NCBI GenBank assembly: GCA_963205305.1
Contig: CAUJIC010000025.1
Location: 13,554 to 77,553 of the forward strand
DNA length: 64,000 nucleotides
DNA from: Pseudomonadota bacterium
GTDB lineage: Bacteria > Pseudomonadota > Alphaproteobacteria > Rickettsiales > UBA3002
Direction of reading: 5' to 3'
Position numbers and translations under genes: made by a program. The notes beneath the pieces are model-generated. The model made no database searches and was not told the DNA's origin. It worked only from the letters and a program-made list of their open reading frames with translations. Numbering within the stretch: the stretch's first letter is position 1; every line of letters starts with the position of its first letter. Shown piece by piece: positions 8,430-15,985 of this stretch.

Positions 8430-9672
8430 CCAAGCGGCTGCCCCCCCAAAAGAAGGGGCCACCGCCTTTTTTATGGGGTTCAGCATTGCGCTGATGATTG
8501 CGGTGAATGTGCGTTTGTTTGGCACCATATGGGCAGTGCTGATGGTGGCGCTGTGTTTGGCCATTCTTTATTTGGGGCGTGTGGGCATGATTTCGCGGGT
8601 GCTGCGCCAGCCTATCCTTGTTCTGCTGCCCAGCTTTTTTGCACTGTCATGCCTGTGGTCGAGTGCGTTTATGGTATCGCTTTCGCTGGGGCTGCAAACC
8701 CTGCTGGTGACGCTCACCGCCATCACCATTGCCCAATGCACTACGAACCGACAATTGCTTCACATCATTTTTTACGCCACCAGCGCTACCTGCATTGCAT
8801 GCTTGTTGCATGGTGGTAAGGGACCTTCGGAATATGGCCCCGTGCTCGCGGGTTTTTTAGGGAGCAAGAATGCGATGGGTTTATTTGCCTATCTAAGCGC
8901 CATAACGTCACTCGCTGTTTTGATGGATCGTGATAACTCCCTCAAACTTCGTGCGGTAGCGCTGGTATGCGGGTTGATGGAACTCTGGATTGTCATGTCC
9001 GTTCATGCCACGACAGCCGTCATTGCGCTTGCGCTTGGTACTACGGTTTTTTTCACCACATATTTTATTCTTTCAAAATCAAAATTAGCGCGATGGGTGA
9101 CCTATTTTCTGATCGTGCTTCTGATGATGATGGTATGGCTTTTTGGTCCGCAGCTTGCGGAGATATTTGTGCAGATTACAGGCGACTATTTAGGGAAGGA
9201 TGCAACCCTAACAGGCCGCACACGCCTTTGGGAAAAAGCTCGCCTTCTGTTCAACGAATCGCCGTTATTGGGCAACGGATACCGAGCCTACTGGGTTGGA
9301 GAATCGCTTGATGTGCGGCGGATGCTCTACGAGATGCACACACCTGATGGTCGGGGATTTAATTTTCACCAGCAGTATCTAGAAATACTGGCCGACACGG
9401 GAATCATTGGCGCGACTATTTTAGGTGCAACCTTTGTGGTATTTTTCCAGAGAATCTGGAGAAGTACGGTAGTGAATCGGTCATGCTTTTCTGCCTATTC
9501 GTTTGCAGTACTGATTGTGTTTATCGTCCAATGGTTCTTTGAGACGGCGCTCTTGCCATTCTCGTTCAGTATGATGATGTTTTATGGATTGGGTGCGGCG
9601 GCAATGCGACCAAAAGCGGCTGGGGTAAAAAGTACGGTGCCGCTGGTTGGATTGAACCCTGCGGCAAAGTAA
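8392..9672 (+). CDS. O-antigen ligase / polysaccharide polymerase (Wzy_C) family membrane protein
   Basis: Polytopic protein with a periplasmic loop carrying ...GNGYRAYW... and FHQQYLEILADTGIIG, which fits the Wzy_C H-x-x-YLE...G signature. The start is uncertain (ATG 8392 or MGFSIALM at 8473). Confidence 0.7.
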   Translation: MLLGSNNTGLGVSQAAAPPKEGATAFFMGFSIALMIAVNVRLFGTIWAVLMVALCLAILYLGRVGMISRVLRQPILVLLPSFFALSCLWSSAFMVSLSLGLQTLLVTLTAITIAQCTTNRQLLHIIFYATSATCIACLLHGGKGPSEYGPVLAGFLGSKNAMGLFAYLSAITSLAVLMDRDNSLKLRAVALVCGLMELWIVMSVHATTAVIALALGTTVFFTTYFILSKSKLARWVTYFLIVLLMMMVWLFGPQLAEIFVQITGDYLGKDATLTGRTRLWEKARLLFNESPLLGNGYRAYWVGESLDVRRMLYEMHTPDGRGFNFHQQYLEILADTGIIGATILGATFVVFFQRIWRSTVVNRSCFSAYSFAVLIVFIVQWFFETALLPFSFSMMMFYGLGAAAMRPKAAGVKSTVPLVGLNPAAK

Positions 9673-9693
9673 TGGCGACCGAAGCTAAATGGT

Positions 9694-9718
9694 AGTTGGT
9701 GCCCCGAGCCTTGGACTT
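9694..9718 (-). repeat. Degenerate duplicate of the tRNA-Leu 3' end (att-like remnant)
   Basis: agttggtgccccgagccttggact compared with agtttggtgccccgagccggact at 9841-9863. Similarity fades further on. Confidence 0.5.
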
Positions 9719-9808
9719 TCTCGCGCACATGGCGCTCGTGTTATTTCCTAAGCTCGCTACGCTTGCTAATGAAATAATCGAACCGTCGGTTCGAGTAGCA
9801 CAATGATA

Positions 9809-9847
9809 CCAAACTAAAAAGGGGCGAAACGCCCCTTTTTAGTTTGG
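9809..9847. terminator. Bidirectional rho-independent terminator (perfect 18-bp stem) abutting tRNA-Leu
   Basis: CCAAACTAAAAAGGGGCG-aaa-CGCCCCTTTTTAGTTTGG. The GC core has a T-run on the plus strand and an A-run on the other side. The last 3 nt overlap the tRNA CCA end. Confidence 0.75.
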
Positions 9848-9931
9848 TGCCCCGAGCCGGACTCGAACCGGCACACCCTTGCGGATACAAGATTTTGAGT
9901 CTAGCGCGTCTACCAATTCCACCACCAGGGC
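9845..9931 (-). tRNA. tRNA-Leu (anticodon CAA)
   Basis: The reverse complement GCCCTGGTGGTGGAATTGGTAGACGCGCTAGACTCAAAATCTTGTATCCGCAAGGGTGTGCCGGTTCGAGTCCGGCTCGGGGCACCA is a long-variable-arm class II cloverleaf. Confidence 0.9.
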
Positions 9932-10016
9932 ACTCTAAGTGCGCGCACTATAGCCACGAAACACGATTGGTCAACGGCAAGTTGCAGCGTGGGGGGCTTG
10001 GTGCTAGGCTAGGCGT

Positions 10017-10538
10017 ATGTTTTGCTGCAAAAAAGACCCCGAAAAAATCGTCGCAATGGCTTCTATCCTTATATTGGGTGGGGTGATTCCGCTCGCGGGT
10101 GCGCTGCTATCGCAGTTCGGGTTTGGCTTTCACCCCTGCCATTTTTGCCTGTTGCAGCGCTATCCTTATGTGGTGGTGATTACGGCAGGCGTGCTCTCGC
10201 TGCTGGTGAAACGCGGGGGGCTGCCATGGCGGTTTTTAGTGGCGATAGCGATTTACGCGTTGCTTACCACCGCGACACTGGGGCTTATCCATACCGGCAT
10301 TGAAACCAAATTCCTCACCTATACGGGCGGCTGTGTGGCGCAAGCGGCGGTGGATGGCTCGCTTGAGGCCTTGCGTGCGGCCATTGCCAGCGCGCCGCTG
10401 GTGGCGTGCGACCAAGCGACAGCGGTGCTGTTTGGCATCTCGATGGCGACATGGAATGTGCTATGGGCAGGCTTTGTGTTGCTGCTCATTGCCCTGCAAT
10501 ATCGCTTCGATTGGAGACGCTATGCAGCCCGCACCTAA
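10017..10538 (+). CDS. DsbB-family disulfide bond formation protein
   Basis: Four TM segments with FHPCHFCLLQRYPY (a CxxC pair followed by QR) and a second Cys pair (C...C) in the later loop. The real start may be MASILILGG at 10056. Confidence 0.65.
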   Translation: MFCCKKDPEKIVAMASILILGGVIPLAGALLSQFGFGFHPCHFCLLQRYPYVVVITAGVLSLLVKRGGLPWRFLVAIAIYALLTTATLGLIHTGIETKFLTYTGGCVAQAAVDGSLEALRAAIASAPLVACDQATAVLFGISMATWNVLWAGFVLLLIALQYRFDWRRYAART

Positions 10539-11070
10539 ACGTGCTTTGCCAGGGGATTTTGCCGTTCGCAACGCAACGGCAGCGGCGCTGCGCGTGAACC
10601 ATGCAGGCGAATACGGCGCCAAGCGGATTTATGCGGGACAGCTGGCCGTGTTGAAAAACCATGCGGTGGCCGATGAGCTGAAACATATGGCCGCGCAGGA
10701 GGAAGTACATCTGGCGACCTTCAACCAGCTACTTCCCGCGATGCGGGTACGTCCGACGTTGCTAATGCCGCTGTGGCATGTCGGCGGTTGGGTGCTGGGT
10801 GCGGGCACGGCATTGCTGGGCGCCAAAGCGGCCATGGCATGCACCGTGGCAGTGGAAACCGTGATCACCGAGCATTATAACGAGCAGTTGCAAAGCGGAG
10901 CGCTCGACAGCACCCTTGTTTCCACGATCGAGAAATTCCGCGATGAGGAGATGGAGCACCACGATATTGGCATTGCCCATGACGCCGAATCCACGCCGCT
11001 TTATGCCCCGCTGACAGGCGCTATCAAGGGTATTTGCAAGGCGGCCATCTGGCTGAGTGCACGGGTTTAG
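10522..11070 (+). CDS. coq7: Demethoxyubiquinone hydroxylase (Coq7 family di-iron monooxygenase)
   Basis: LRVNHAGEYGAKRIYAGQ...AQEEVHL...EEMEHHD di-iron ExxH motifs. ATG at 10522 overlaps the dsbB-like stop by 17 nt. The ORF-track start at 10300 is an upstream extension. Confidence 0.85.
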   Translation: MQPAPKRALPGDFAVRNATAAALRVNHAGEYGAKRIYAGQLAVLKNHAVADELKHMAAQEEVHLATFNQLLPAMRVRPTLLMPLWHVGGWVLGAGTALLGAKAAMACTVAVETVITEHYNEQLQSGALDSTLVSTIEKFRDEEMEHHDIGIAHDAESTPLYAPLTGAIKGICKAAIWLSARV

Positions 11071-11228
11071 CAGGGTGCATCTCGCAGCGCACCATGAAAA
11101 ACCTCGCGAATCCCTCATTTTTCTCGTGAGTTATCGGTGTTTTTATGCTAAAGGTCTTGACTCAGGCATCTAGCAACCCACATCAGATGGGTAAGCCTGT
11201 TGGCTGAACAGGACAAGGAGGGCAAGTC

Positions 11229-11405
11229 ATGGTAACTAGCATTTATCCCGATACCGACCTTTTGGGCGAGCCCTCGCTTGAAGAGATGTTTGCCGAGCCT
11301 ATCGTGCGCCTCATCATGAAGTGCGATGGTGTAAAAGACATGGATTTGCGTGGCCAAATTGACCGTGTGCGGCAGGTTTACCGCTCGCTCGAGAAGTCAC
11401 AGTAG
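11229..11405 (+). CDS. Small hypothetical protein (58 aa), below the ORF-track size cutoff
   Basis: AAGGAGGG 6 nt upstream of the ATG. Product MVTSIYPDTDLLGEPSLEEMFAEPIVRLIMKCDGVKDMDLRGQIDRVRQVYRSLEKSQ. It replaces the antisense track ORF 11148-11357. Confidence 0.4.
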   Translation: MVTSIYPDTDLLGEPSLEEMFAEPIVRLIMKCDGVKDMDLRGQIDRVRQVYRSLEKSQ

Positions 11406-11460
11406 GCAACTGTCACACAATCTTCATACTTTCCGCCCCACGATTTGCTATACTAAGTGC

Positions 11461-11757
11461 ATGATGACATTGCGCCAAATCACCCTGATTGCCCTCGTTC
11501 TGGTCACGGCTTCGTGCCGCCCGCTAAGCCTGTATATGGTCGAGCCGAGTGGCCCGCCTGAATATAAGCTGGGATGGGAAGATGGCTGCGATACTGGCTT
11601 AGCCGCGCAGGGCGGTATGGTGGCTAAAGCTGCATACGGCTTCAAAAAGCGCCCCGAATATATCGATAGTTCCTTATACAATACGGCATGGAACGAAGGA
11701 TTTACCTATTGCCGCTTCTCGCTCGACCCAGTCGATAAGAGCCAGTGGTTCAACTAG
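11461..11757 (+). CDS. Putative lipoprotein (98 aa)
   Basis: MMTLRQITLIALVLVTASC... has a lipobox-like TASC. The track ORF start at 11350 is an upstream extension. Confidence 0.5.
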   Translation: MMTLRQITLIALVLVTASCRPLSLYMVEPSGPPEYKLGWEDGCDTGLAAQGGMVAKAAYGFKKRPEYIDSSLYNTAWNEGFTYCRFSLDPVDKSQWFN

Positions 11758-11784
11758 AAATTTAACAAGAAAATTGGAGCAGGC

Positions 11785-12315
11785 ATGAGCAAGTATGACA
11801 CGTTGGATAAGGCCCTTATCGATCATTTAGCTAACGATGTTTGGTTGCCAATGATTCGCGATAAAATGGAAGGCGGCACGACTTCATTTGTCACTGCACG
11901 CGAACAGGCGATGGTTAAAATTAGCGGATTTTTGTATGCTGCTGCTGCACCCCGCGACTCTGGAATGTTGAGGCATCGATCCAGCAATGTCCTTTTGGCG
12001 AATACCTTACTCAGCGCATCGTTGGACAAAGCCATTGGTGCCTATGCCGCAGAAAATAATATGTCGTCAGACTTTGCGAAGGAAATGTTCGAAACCAAAT
12101 TCCGTTTGGAAGAAATCGATGCGCTGCTTCATAGACCGAAACCAAGCGATATCGTTGAACTTAAGGGGAGCACGCACCAACCTCTACAAGGCAGCCAACC
12201 CAACAAACCCCTCGGCCCAGATCACAGCAATCCACTAGCCCGAGTAGGTAGCGAAGCTCAGATCTCCCTACGCTCAGATGATAACAAAACCCAGAAAGGG
12301 CAGAATACGCGCTAA
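11785..12315 (+). CDS. Hypothetical protein (176 aa)
   Basis: GGAG upstream of the ATG. I recognise no motif. The C-terminal third is low-complexity and polar. Confidence 0.4.
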   Translation: MSKYDTLDKALIDHLANDVWLPMIRDKMEGGTTSFVTAREQAMVKISGFLYAAAAPRDSGMLRHRSSNVLLANTLLSASLDKAIGAYAAENNMSSDFAKEMFETKFRLEEIDALLHRPKPSDIVELKGSTHQPLQGSQPNKPLGPDHSNPLARVGSEAQISLRSDDNKTQKGQNTR

Positions 12316-12355
12316 GCGTATTGCATCTTTTTGGTGACGCGCTAAACCACCTAGC

Positions 12356-13006
12356 ATGCATCACCTTAAATCCATTGTTGTGTTCATTGCTTCCTTGTGG
12401 GGCTTGCTGCTGGTCTACAATACCTTTCTGCCACCGATCTCGACCTTGATGATGGTGCGCGTGCTGACTTTTCGGCATGTGGAGCGCCAATATGTGCCGT
12501 TGAAACGCATTTCACCCAACCTAGTGCGCGCCGCGATTGCAGGCGAAGATGGGCGCTTTTGTGAGCATAGGGGTGTGGACTGGGCGGCGATGCGTAACGC
12601 CGTTGCTGAAGCAGTCGATGAGGATGGTGTGAGCGGTGGCGCTTCGACCATCACCATGCAAACGACCAAGAATTTATTTCTGTGGATGCGGTTTTCGTAC
12701 CTGCGTAAACCCATCGAAATGCCCATGGCCATGGTGCTGGATGCGTTATGGAGCAAGCGGCTCATCATGGAGCGTTACCTAAATGTAGCAGAATTTGGAC
12801 GCGGAGTATTTGGCGCCGAGGCGGCAGCGCGGCATTACTTCAACACCTCGGCGAGCAATCTTGGCCCGCGCGAGGCATCGCTGCTTGCGGCCATGTTGCC
12901 TAGCCCCATCCGCCGTAATGCCGCAAGGCCAACGCCGTTTGTAAGCCGCTATGCTAGTAGCATCGAACGGCGGATGAATCAGGTGGATGCAAGTTGTGCG
13001 CGCTGA
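12356..13006 (+). CDS. mtgA: Monofunctional biosynthetic peptidoglycan transglycosylase
   Basis: N-terminal TM segment, then the GT51 motifs AGEDGRFCEHRGVDW and GASTITMQTTKNLFL. Confidence 0.9.
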   Translation: MHHLKSIVVFIASLWGLLLVYNTFLPPISTLMMVRVLTFRHVERQYVPLKRISPNLVRAAIAGEDGRFCEHRGVDWAAMRNAVAEAVDEDGVSGGASTITMQTTKNLFLWMRFSYLRKPIEMPMAMVLDALWSKRLIMERYLNVAEFGRGVFGAEAAARHYFNTSASNLGPREASLLAAMLPSPIRRNAARPTPFVSRYASSIERRMNQVDASCAR

Positions 13007-13014
13007 TTCCGCGC

Positions 13015-13371
13015 TTATGCGCCACTCGTGATAGTCTGCAAGCGCGCAATGAGCTTATTAATTTCTAGCTCGGTCGTGTGCGTCACCAAAAAATCCTCGC
13101 TATCAAAGGGCAGGTGACCCAAAAATTGTTCCATCTGGCTAGGCTTGAAGTCGTTGGCATAGACGATCATGACATCGCCGCTGGGTAGGCTAAAGGTTTT
13201 GACCCCTTGGCCAAGCACGAACCAGACAAGTTCTTCCATCGCTTCGGGGTCGGGATGGTGAGGCGGGACCATGCGACTGAACTGCAATTCCATGCAACGC
13301 ACAGCTGTGTGCCCGTGGGTGAGTTGTTGAAGCAGTTCGACCAATTTCTGGACTGCGTTGTCATGTGTCAT
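13015..13371 (-). CDS. Hypothetical protein (118 aa), likely sigma-54-dependent
   Basis: The track ORF extends to 13458, but a sigma-54 promoter lies inside that extension. The first ATG downstream of the predicted transcription start gives MTHDNAVQKLVELL... Confidence 0.45.
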   Translation of the reverse strand: MTHDNAVQKLVELLQQLTHGHTAVRCMELQFSRMVPPHHPDPEAMEELVWFVLGQGVKTFSLPSGDVMIVYANDFKPSQMEQFLGHLPFDSEDFLVTHTTELEINKLIARLQTITSGA

Positions 13372-13427
13372 AGGGTCTATTTTACTCCCAGTAGATGAAT
13401 TCAGAATGATGCGCTTACCCATTAGAA

Positions 13428-13445
13428 TTGCACAGCATGTGCCAA
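13428..13445 (-). promoter_or_regulatory. Sigma-54 (-24/-12) promoter
   Basis: The minus strand reads TTGGCACATGCTGTGCAA, that is TGGCAC-N5-GTGCA with GG-N10-GC spacing. It is divergent from a GAFTGA-containing activator gene. Confidence 0.6.
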
Positions 13446-13495
13446 ACCAAATACTCATGTAAATCAGTATGATGGCTTTTAAAAAACACGGATTT

Positions 13496-13540
13496 TTCTC
13501 GATTTGAGAATCGTTCGGAGAATTTCTCTAATTGCGAGAA
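13496..13540. promoter_or_regulatory. Cluster of TTCTC/GAGAA dyads, candidate enhancer (UAS) for the NtrC-family activator
   Basis: TTCTC-gattt-GAGAA, GAGAA-t-TTCTC and a further GAGAA, located 50-95 bp upstream of the -24 element. Confidence 0.35.
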
Positions 13541-13574
13541 GGGTTGACGCATATGTTTTGACATTTGGATATGG

Positions 13575-15008
13575 GTGAGATTAGCTGACGCTCACACTCT
13601 GAGGTTGCACATGCTCCACGCCGTGCTTATTGCGGAAGACGATCCGATTCAGCGCTTACAAGTGCGACGCATGCTCGAGAGTGAGCTGCATGTCGAGGTC
13701 ATCGACGCGGTTGATGGGCAGGCGGCGCTCATGGCCCTAAACCAGCCGCATGACCCGCCGATTGCCGTCGCATTGATCGATCTCGATATGCCAAAACTCA
13801 ACGGAATGGAATTGCTGAAGGCAATCGCTGATGGCGACCATGCGGTTCGTAGTATTGTTATTACGGGTAGTGAAACCATCGAGGATGCGGTCGAGGCGAT
13901 GCGCCTTGGGGCGATTGATTTTATCAATAAGCCCTTGCAGTACGAGCGCCTGCTCACCTCGGTGCGTAACGCAATAGCGATTTATGATCTGCGTGATACG
14001 GTTACGCGGCTACAGGACAAAGAAACGCCCCATTGCCGCTTCGATGACTTGCTTAAAATTTCGCCCGGCCTTGCTTCCGCGATTGCGCTTGGGCGTAAGG
14101 CAGCCGGTTCGGACATTCCCGTGCTCATTACAGGTGAAAGCGGGGTGGGCAAGGAAGTATTCGCGTGCGCCATTCACCGCGAAAGTGCGCGCCGCGATAA
14201 ACCGCTGGTGGCAGTGAACTGCGGCGCACTGCCCGATAATTTAGTGGAATCGACCCTATTTGGTCACGAGAAGGGAGCCTTCACCGGTGCACTTAATCGT
14301 TCGCTAGGCAAATGCCGCGAGGCGGATGGCGGGGTGCTCTTCCTCGATGAGATTGGCGATTTGAAAGCTGAAACGCAGGTGAAATTGCTGCGCTTATTGC
14401 AAGAGGGTGAAATTGAACCCGTGGGTAGTAGTAAAACGGTGAAGGTCGATATCCGCATTATTTCTGCTACCAACCATGCGCTTGAGCAGCGCGTGAAAGA
14501 AGGCAAATTCCGCGAGGATTTATTTTATCGCTTGCAAGGCTTTCCTATCCATTTGCCTGCCTTACGTGAACGCCGTAGCGATATTGTGCCGCTCGCCAAG
14601 TATTTGCTCACGCGTATTGCGAAGGCGGAAAGCCGCCCTGCGCTTGCGTTTAGCGGCGATGCGGAACTGTGGCTTACCCGCCAGAACTGGGCAGGCAATG
14701 TACGCGAGTTGCAGCATTTGCTTCACCGCACCTGTTTGGTCAGCGAGAGTGATTGCATCGACGAAGCATTGCTGAACAGTTGGGGCAGCGGTATCCCGCT
14801 ATCGTTCGTAGGTAGCGGCAACAACCCGCATGCGATCGAGCTATTTGCCCAAAATGGCCAGCCCAAAACGATGGAAGAGATTGAGGAAGAAGTGATTGCC
14901 CGTGTGCTGAATCATTTTGACTCGCATGTTGGAAAAACCGCCGCCGCACTGGGCATTGGCCAATCGACTTTGTATAAGCGCGTGAAGCCAGCGGCGAACG
15001 CTAGCTAA
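13575..15008 (+). CDS. Sigma-54-dependent response regulator (NtrC family: REC + AAA+ + Fis-type HTH)
   Basis: REC domain (LIAEDD...LIDLDMPKLNG), Walker A GESGVGKE, GAFTGA loop, C-terminal HTH (AAALGIGQSTLYKRV). The start may be the ATG at 13611. Confidence 0.9.
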   Translation: MRLADAHTLRLHMLHAVLIAEDDPIQRLQVRRMLESELHVEVIDAVDGQAALMALNQPHDPPIAVALIDLDMPKLNGMELLKAIADGDHAVRSIVITGSETIEDAVEAMRLGAIDFINKPLQYERLLTSVRNAIAIYDLRDTVTRLQDKETPHCRFDDLLKISPGLASAIALGRKAAGSDIPVLITGESGVGKEVFACAIHRESARRDKPLVAVNCGALPDNLVESTLFGHEKGAFTGALNRSLGKCREADGGVLFLDEIGDLKAETQVKLLRLLQEGEIEPVGSSKTVKVDIRIISATNHALEQRVKEGKFREDLFYRLQGFPIHLPALRERRSDIVPLAKYLLTRIAKAESRPALAFSGDAELWLTRQNWAGNVRELQHLLHRTCLVSESDCIDEALLNSWGSGIPLSFVGSGNNPHAIELFAQNGQPKTMEEIEEEVIARVLNHFDSHVGKTAAALGIGQSTLYKRVKPAANAS

Positions 15009-15133
15009 TTCTACTAGGGCTGGCTGCAAGCACTGAGTTCCTTCGCTTCCGTTCCGCATGTACGTTAGTGTACACTTGCGGTACGGTTCTCGTAACGCAC
15101 TGCTTTCGCTCAACCCTAGCGAATTAGACCATA

Positions 15134-15670
15134 CTATTTCTGCCAGACCAGCGTCACCCAATCACCCACCACCAGACGCGCCGAGAGGGTGAGGCCAAGC
15201 GATGCATAGGCCTGAGTAATTTGCGTTTCCTGCCATTGCAATATGCCGCTGAGCATCAGCACCCCTTCCTCCGCTAAGTGGGTGCAGGCATCACCCGCCA
15301 AGCGCATTAAGGGTTCGGCAAGGATGTTCATGGTGATGAGGTCATAGGGCGCGCGCGCGGCAATCTCGCGGTGGTTGAAGCCATCGGCATGCAGTGCCAG
15401 CAGACCCTCGACGCCATTCCTTGCCGCGTTTTCCTTCAGCGTTGCCACAGCGGATGCTTCCACATCCACCGCCACGACGGGGCATTGGAATTTCTGGGCA
15501 ATGGCAAAGCTGATAATGCCCGAACCTGCGCCCATATCGCACGCTGAGCGCGGGGAGAACTCCGCAGGGTCGAGCATTGCGAGCGCTTCGAGCATCCCGC
15601 GTGTGGTGGGGTGCGCGCCATCGCCAAAAGCGTGGGCACCAGCGGAAAGAGTAACAAAATCACCCATCAT
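15134..15670 (-). CDS. PrmA-family SAM-dependent methyltransferase, short form lacking the N-terminal domain
   Basis: FGDGAHPTTRGMLEAL and DMGAGSGIISFA motifs. Only ~15 residues precede the catalytic domain. Confidence 0.65.
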   Translation of the reverse strand: MMGDFVTLSAGAHAFGDGAHPTTRGMLEALAMLDPAEFSPRSACDMGAGSGIISFAIAQKFQCPVVAVDVEASAVATLKENAARNGVEGLLALHADGFNHREIAARAPYDLITMNILAEPLMRLAGDACTHLAEEGVLMLSGILQWQETQITQAYASLGLTLSARLVVGDWVTLVWQK

Positions 15671-15744
15671 CAGTATTTCATGGCGTTGTCATTAAACTGT
15701 CATAGTAATCTGCTTTAACGGCATGGACAACAACGGAGGTTTCC

Positions 15745-15972
15745 ATGATTACGCCTAAAGCACCGACACCAACGCCTGCTGCAGAAGAATTGCCCCTGAA
15801 TCCGCAAGATGTTTCGTTTGGAGAAATGCTGGGACAGCCTCCGATTGATCCGTCACCCGTACAAGGCGATGCTGAGGTTGAGTTGCCAAAGCCCTCCCTG
15901 CCGCCAAGCACAACTGTGCGTACAGTCAGCGTGCGCGCTTTTGTCGACGAACAGCTGGCGAATCAGCGCTAA
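15745..15972 (+). CDS. Small proline-rich hypothetical protein (75 aa)
   Basis: GGAGG 6 nt upstream of the ATG. No recognisable motif. Confidence 0.3.
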   Translation: MITPKAPTPTPAAEELPLNPQDVSFGEMLGQPPIDPSPVQGDAEVELPKPSLPPSTTVRTVSVRAFVDEQLANQR

Positions 15973-15985
15973 AGGAAACTAACTA

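Noticed and set aside
9844-10086. Track ORFs that overlap tRNA genes or the att repeat (9844-10086, 19757-19969, 21401-21670, 27552-27773).
   Set aside because: They are translations of tRNA sequence. The shared FCKPKVAGSIPATGT peptide is simply the 48-bp tRNA-Thr repeat read as protein.
11148-11357. 69-aa minus-strand track ORF.
   Set aside because: It is antisense to a 58-aa plus-strand ORF that has a strong Shine-Dalgarno sequence and a more protein-like sequence. The minus ORF has no RBS.
13372-13458. N-terminal 29 codons of track ORF 13015-13458 (MSIWFGTCCAILMGKRIILNSS...).
   Set aside because: The sigma-54 -24/-12 element lies within these codons, so they would be upstream of the transcription start. 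The CDS is shortened to 13371.
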